Assembly: GCF_964355755.1 (NCBI RefSeq)
Contig: NC_092677.1
Location: 27,887,175 to 27,951,174, forward strand
Direction of reading: 5' to 3'
DNA from: Antedon mediterranea
Taxonomy: Eukaryota > Animalia > Echinodermata
Length of the DNA stretch: 64,000 nucleotides
Positions 62,801 through 64,000 of this stretch are shown here, piece by piece. The notes under the pieces are model-generated. The model was not told the origin of the DNA and searched no databases. It saw only the letters and a list, made by a program, of their open reading frames with translations. How positions within the stretch are numbered: position 1 is the first letter of the stretch; every line of letters starts with the position of its first letter. The position numbers were made by a program, and so were the translations under genes.

Positions 62801-64000
62801 AGTACAACTTGTCCAGATGAAATAAATAAATATCATTGCTTTTGGTGCTTGCCCTAGAAAACAAAATCATAATAAAATGTCATTAAATCTACATTATTGC
62901 ACTATTTTTAATTATAATTTCATAATTAATCCATTTTATTAAAAAAGTATAAATTCATTTACCTCGCTGTAGTTTTGTGAAGCCCTCCAAATACAATAAG
63001 AGAATTAGATTCAGCATCAAACACGCAGGTGTGACCAGTGACCCCTACTTCATGTCCTCCTCTTGGAATGACCTCCTGCCAGCCAGATCGACCCGTTAGA
63101 TCATAGGTGAACATTTTATTTAAGGAATAAAATGTTGAAGTGACTCCTGTGAAAAACAATACAAGCAATTGAAAACAAAACAAGTCCATGCATATTAGGG
63201 TTGTTTTCAATGGTTTAAGTTTTTGGAAATTCATTGATATGTTTTGGCGAGATTTCTTTGATAGTTAATTTATTATTATTATTATTATTATATTTAAAAC
63301 ACTAACCTCCAAATATATACAGAGTAGTGTTATAGACAAGTACTGCCGAGTGGTCTGTAGTCAGTGAAGGAGCTGGTGATTGTGTTGCATCATCTAGAAG
63401 TGTCCATTGTTGTGATGTAATGTTAAATTGCCACAGGTCATTTAGTAGGCTACCGTTATCTAATGATCCTCCAAATACAATTACCGTATCTTGGTATACA
63501 GTCATTGTATGACCATATCTTGCAGCCTGAAAGAAAAAATTAATATATACTTTGCATGGCCTCAGGGAAGAACAACTCTGTGCTGATTTGGACCCCTGAC
63601 GATGAATAAGTTTATCTTAACTTTTAATACCGGATACCTCTGCATTATGTATGGCTACTTACTGGTTGAATGGAATCACTTTGAAATGGAACCGTTTGCC
63701 ATTTATTGCTTGTAAAGTTATAATAATCCATGCTAACTAAAGTTGTATACAAATTAAAACCTGAAAACCAAGTGAAAAGAGTAAAAACATAAAAATGACA
63801 AAATAATTTATTGTATCTGGGGATATCTTGTATATAAAATATTATTAACAATCAAAACATACAGGAAAAAATTATTGTGTTGCTATTGTGAATAATTTAT
63901 GTATTTTTACTGGAATTAGTGATGCATGATTTTTGTCAGTTTACAAATAAATAAAAAAAAACAACAAAATTCTTACCTCCAAAAACCCAGAGAGAGTTAC
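47537..64000 (-). CDS. MEGF8: Multiple EGF-like domains protein 8 (5' part lies outside the window)
   Basis: 36 phase-compatible GT-AG exons: 63977-64000, 63663-63760, 63307-63526, 62963-63146, 62711-62853, 62363-62503, 61358-61526, 61060-61138, 60787-60928, 60461-60627, 59658-59864, 58632-59419, 58195-58443, 57752-57909, 57436-57646, 56971-57190, 56673-56805, 56159-56382, 55671-55909, 55291-55480, 55035-55197, 54728-54891, 54191-54335, 53660-53906, 53273-53408, 52610-52811, 52150-52370, 51556-51814, 51073-51241, 50603-50798, 50138-50302, 49638-49765, 49310-49436, 48914-49016, 47961-48709, 47537-47812. Domain order kelch, PSI, EGF, laminin-EGF, CUB, second kelch set, PSI, EGF, laminin-EGF, TM (DLFVFFSVFLACFFL), cytoplasmic MASRPF. 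Two kelch sets distinguish it from attractin. Confidence 0.95.
47961..48709 (-). CDS. MEGF8: MEGF8 penultimate exon (juxtamembrane, TM, MASRPF)
   Basis: FFAVQPKFKNLDIRMTIDV, QDQLHIDLFVFFSVF, MASRPF. Confidence 0.93.
49075..49275 (+). mobile_element. tRNA-derived SINE (degenerate)
   Basis: Pol III A box TAGCTTGGTGG (49082) and B box GGTTCAATCC (~49126) with tRNA-like spacing; ends in aataaaaa; no complete cloverleaf. Confidence 0.55.
50334..50527. mobile_element. MITE family A copy (MEGF8 intron)
   Basis: gtctacactatca...gtgtagacagagcttt; further intronic copies at ~51925-52050, 52457-52574, 52927-53076, 56472-56640, 61195-61307. Confidence 0.75.
52927..53076. mobile_element. MITE family A copy
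   Basis: Family core and terminus gtttgatagtgtaaacagagcttaa. Confidence 0.7.
56472..56640. mobile_element. MITE family A copy
   Basis: aaagctctgtctacactatcaaac...gtgtagacagggcttaa. Confidence 0.75.
58632..59419 (-). CDS. MEGF8: MEGF8 large PSI-repeat exon
   Basis: CLACLSDSSCSWC, CSSCVTSSRECAWC, CLQSFRCGWCG PSI patterns. Confidence 0.92.
59463..59604. mobile_element. MITE family B copy (CpG-depleted)
   Basis: aagcttggttcccacttggatgcaacacaagg...caagtggggaccaagctttaa. Confidence 0.7.
59968..60304. repeat. 111-bp tandem repeat x3 containing a LINE-type 3' tail
   Basis: Units start at 59968, 60079, 60190, almost identical. Confidence 0.9.
61690..61821. mobile_element. Fragment of a small DNA element (ggcgtttattcg subrepeats)
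   Basis: Repeated ggcgtttat(t)c motifs ending gcgtttatacgaataaatatgg. Confidence 0.35.

Noticed and set aside
47537-64000. Attractin/ATRNL1 identity
   Set aside because: Two kelch sets with an internal CUB, no C-type lectin exon seen, and the TM sequence fit MEGF8.

Overview
AT-rich, intron-rich eukaryotic DNA, most likely a marine invertebrate; echinoderm is only an impression. Four protein-coding genes were reconstructed by hand, all on the minus strand. (1) A ~836-aa protein with three dispersed C2H2 zinc fingers (CDS 2867-4897 + 6293-6772). (2) A complete dynein light chain roadblock gene, DYNLRB (4 exons, 18400-21518), absent from the ORF track. (3) A 5-exon, 114-aa secreted peptide precursor (25043-41679), also absent from the ORF track, with signal peptide, Gln-initiated six-Cys peptide, RKR site and a C-terminal Cys pair. 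I cannot assign it to a known family, and it is the most interesting object here. (4) The 3' part (36 exons) of MEGF8, running off the right edge. Introns and intergenic DNA carry many non-autonomous elements: two abundant palindromic MITE families, TTAA-flanked Kolobok-like elements, a PIF/Harbinger-like element, Helentron-like elements, an L2/CR1 LINE fragment, a tRNA-derived SINE and minisatellites. Everything was read by eye; no database searches were run.
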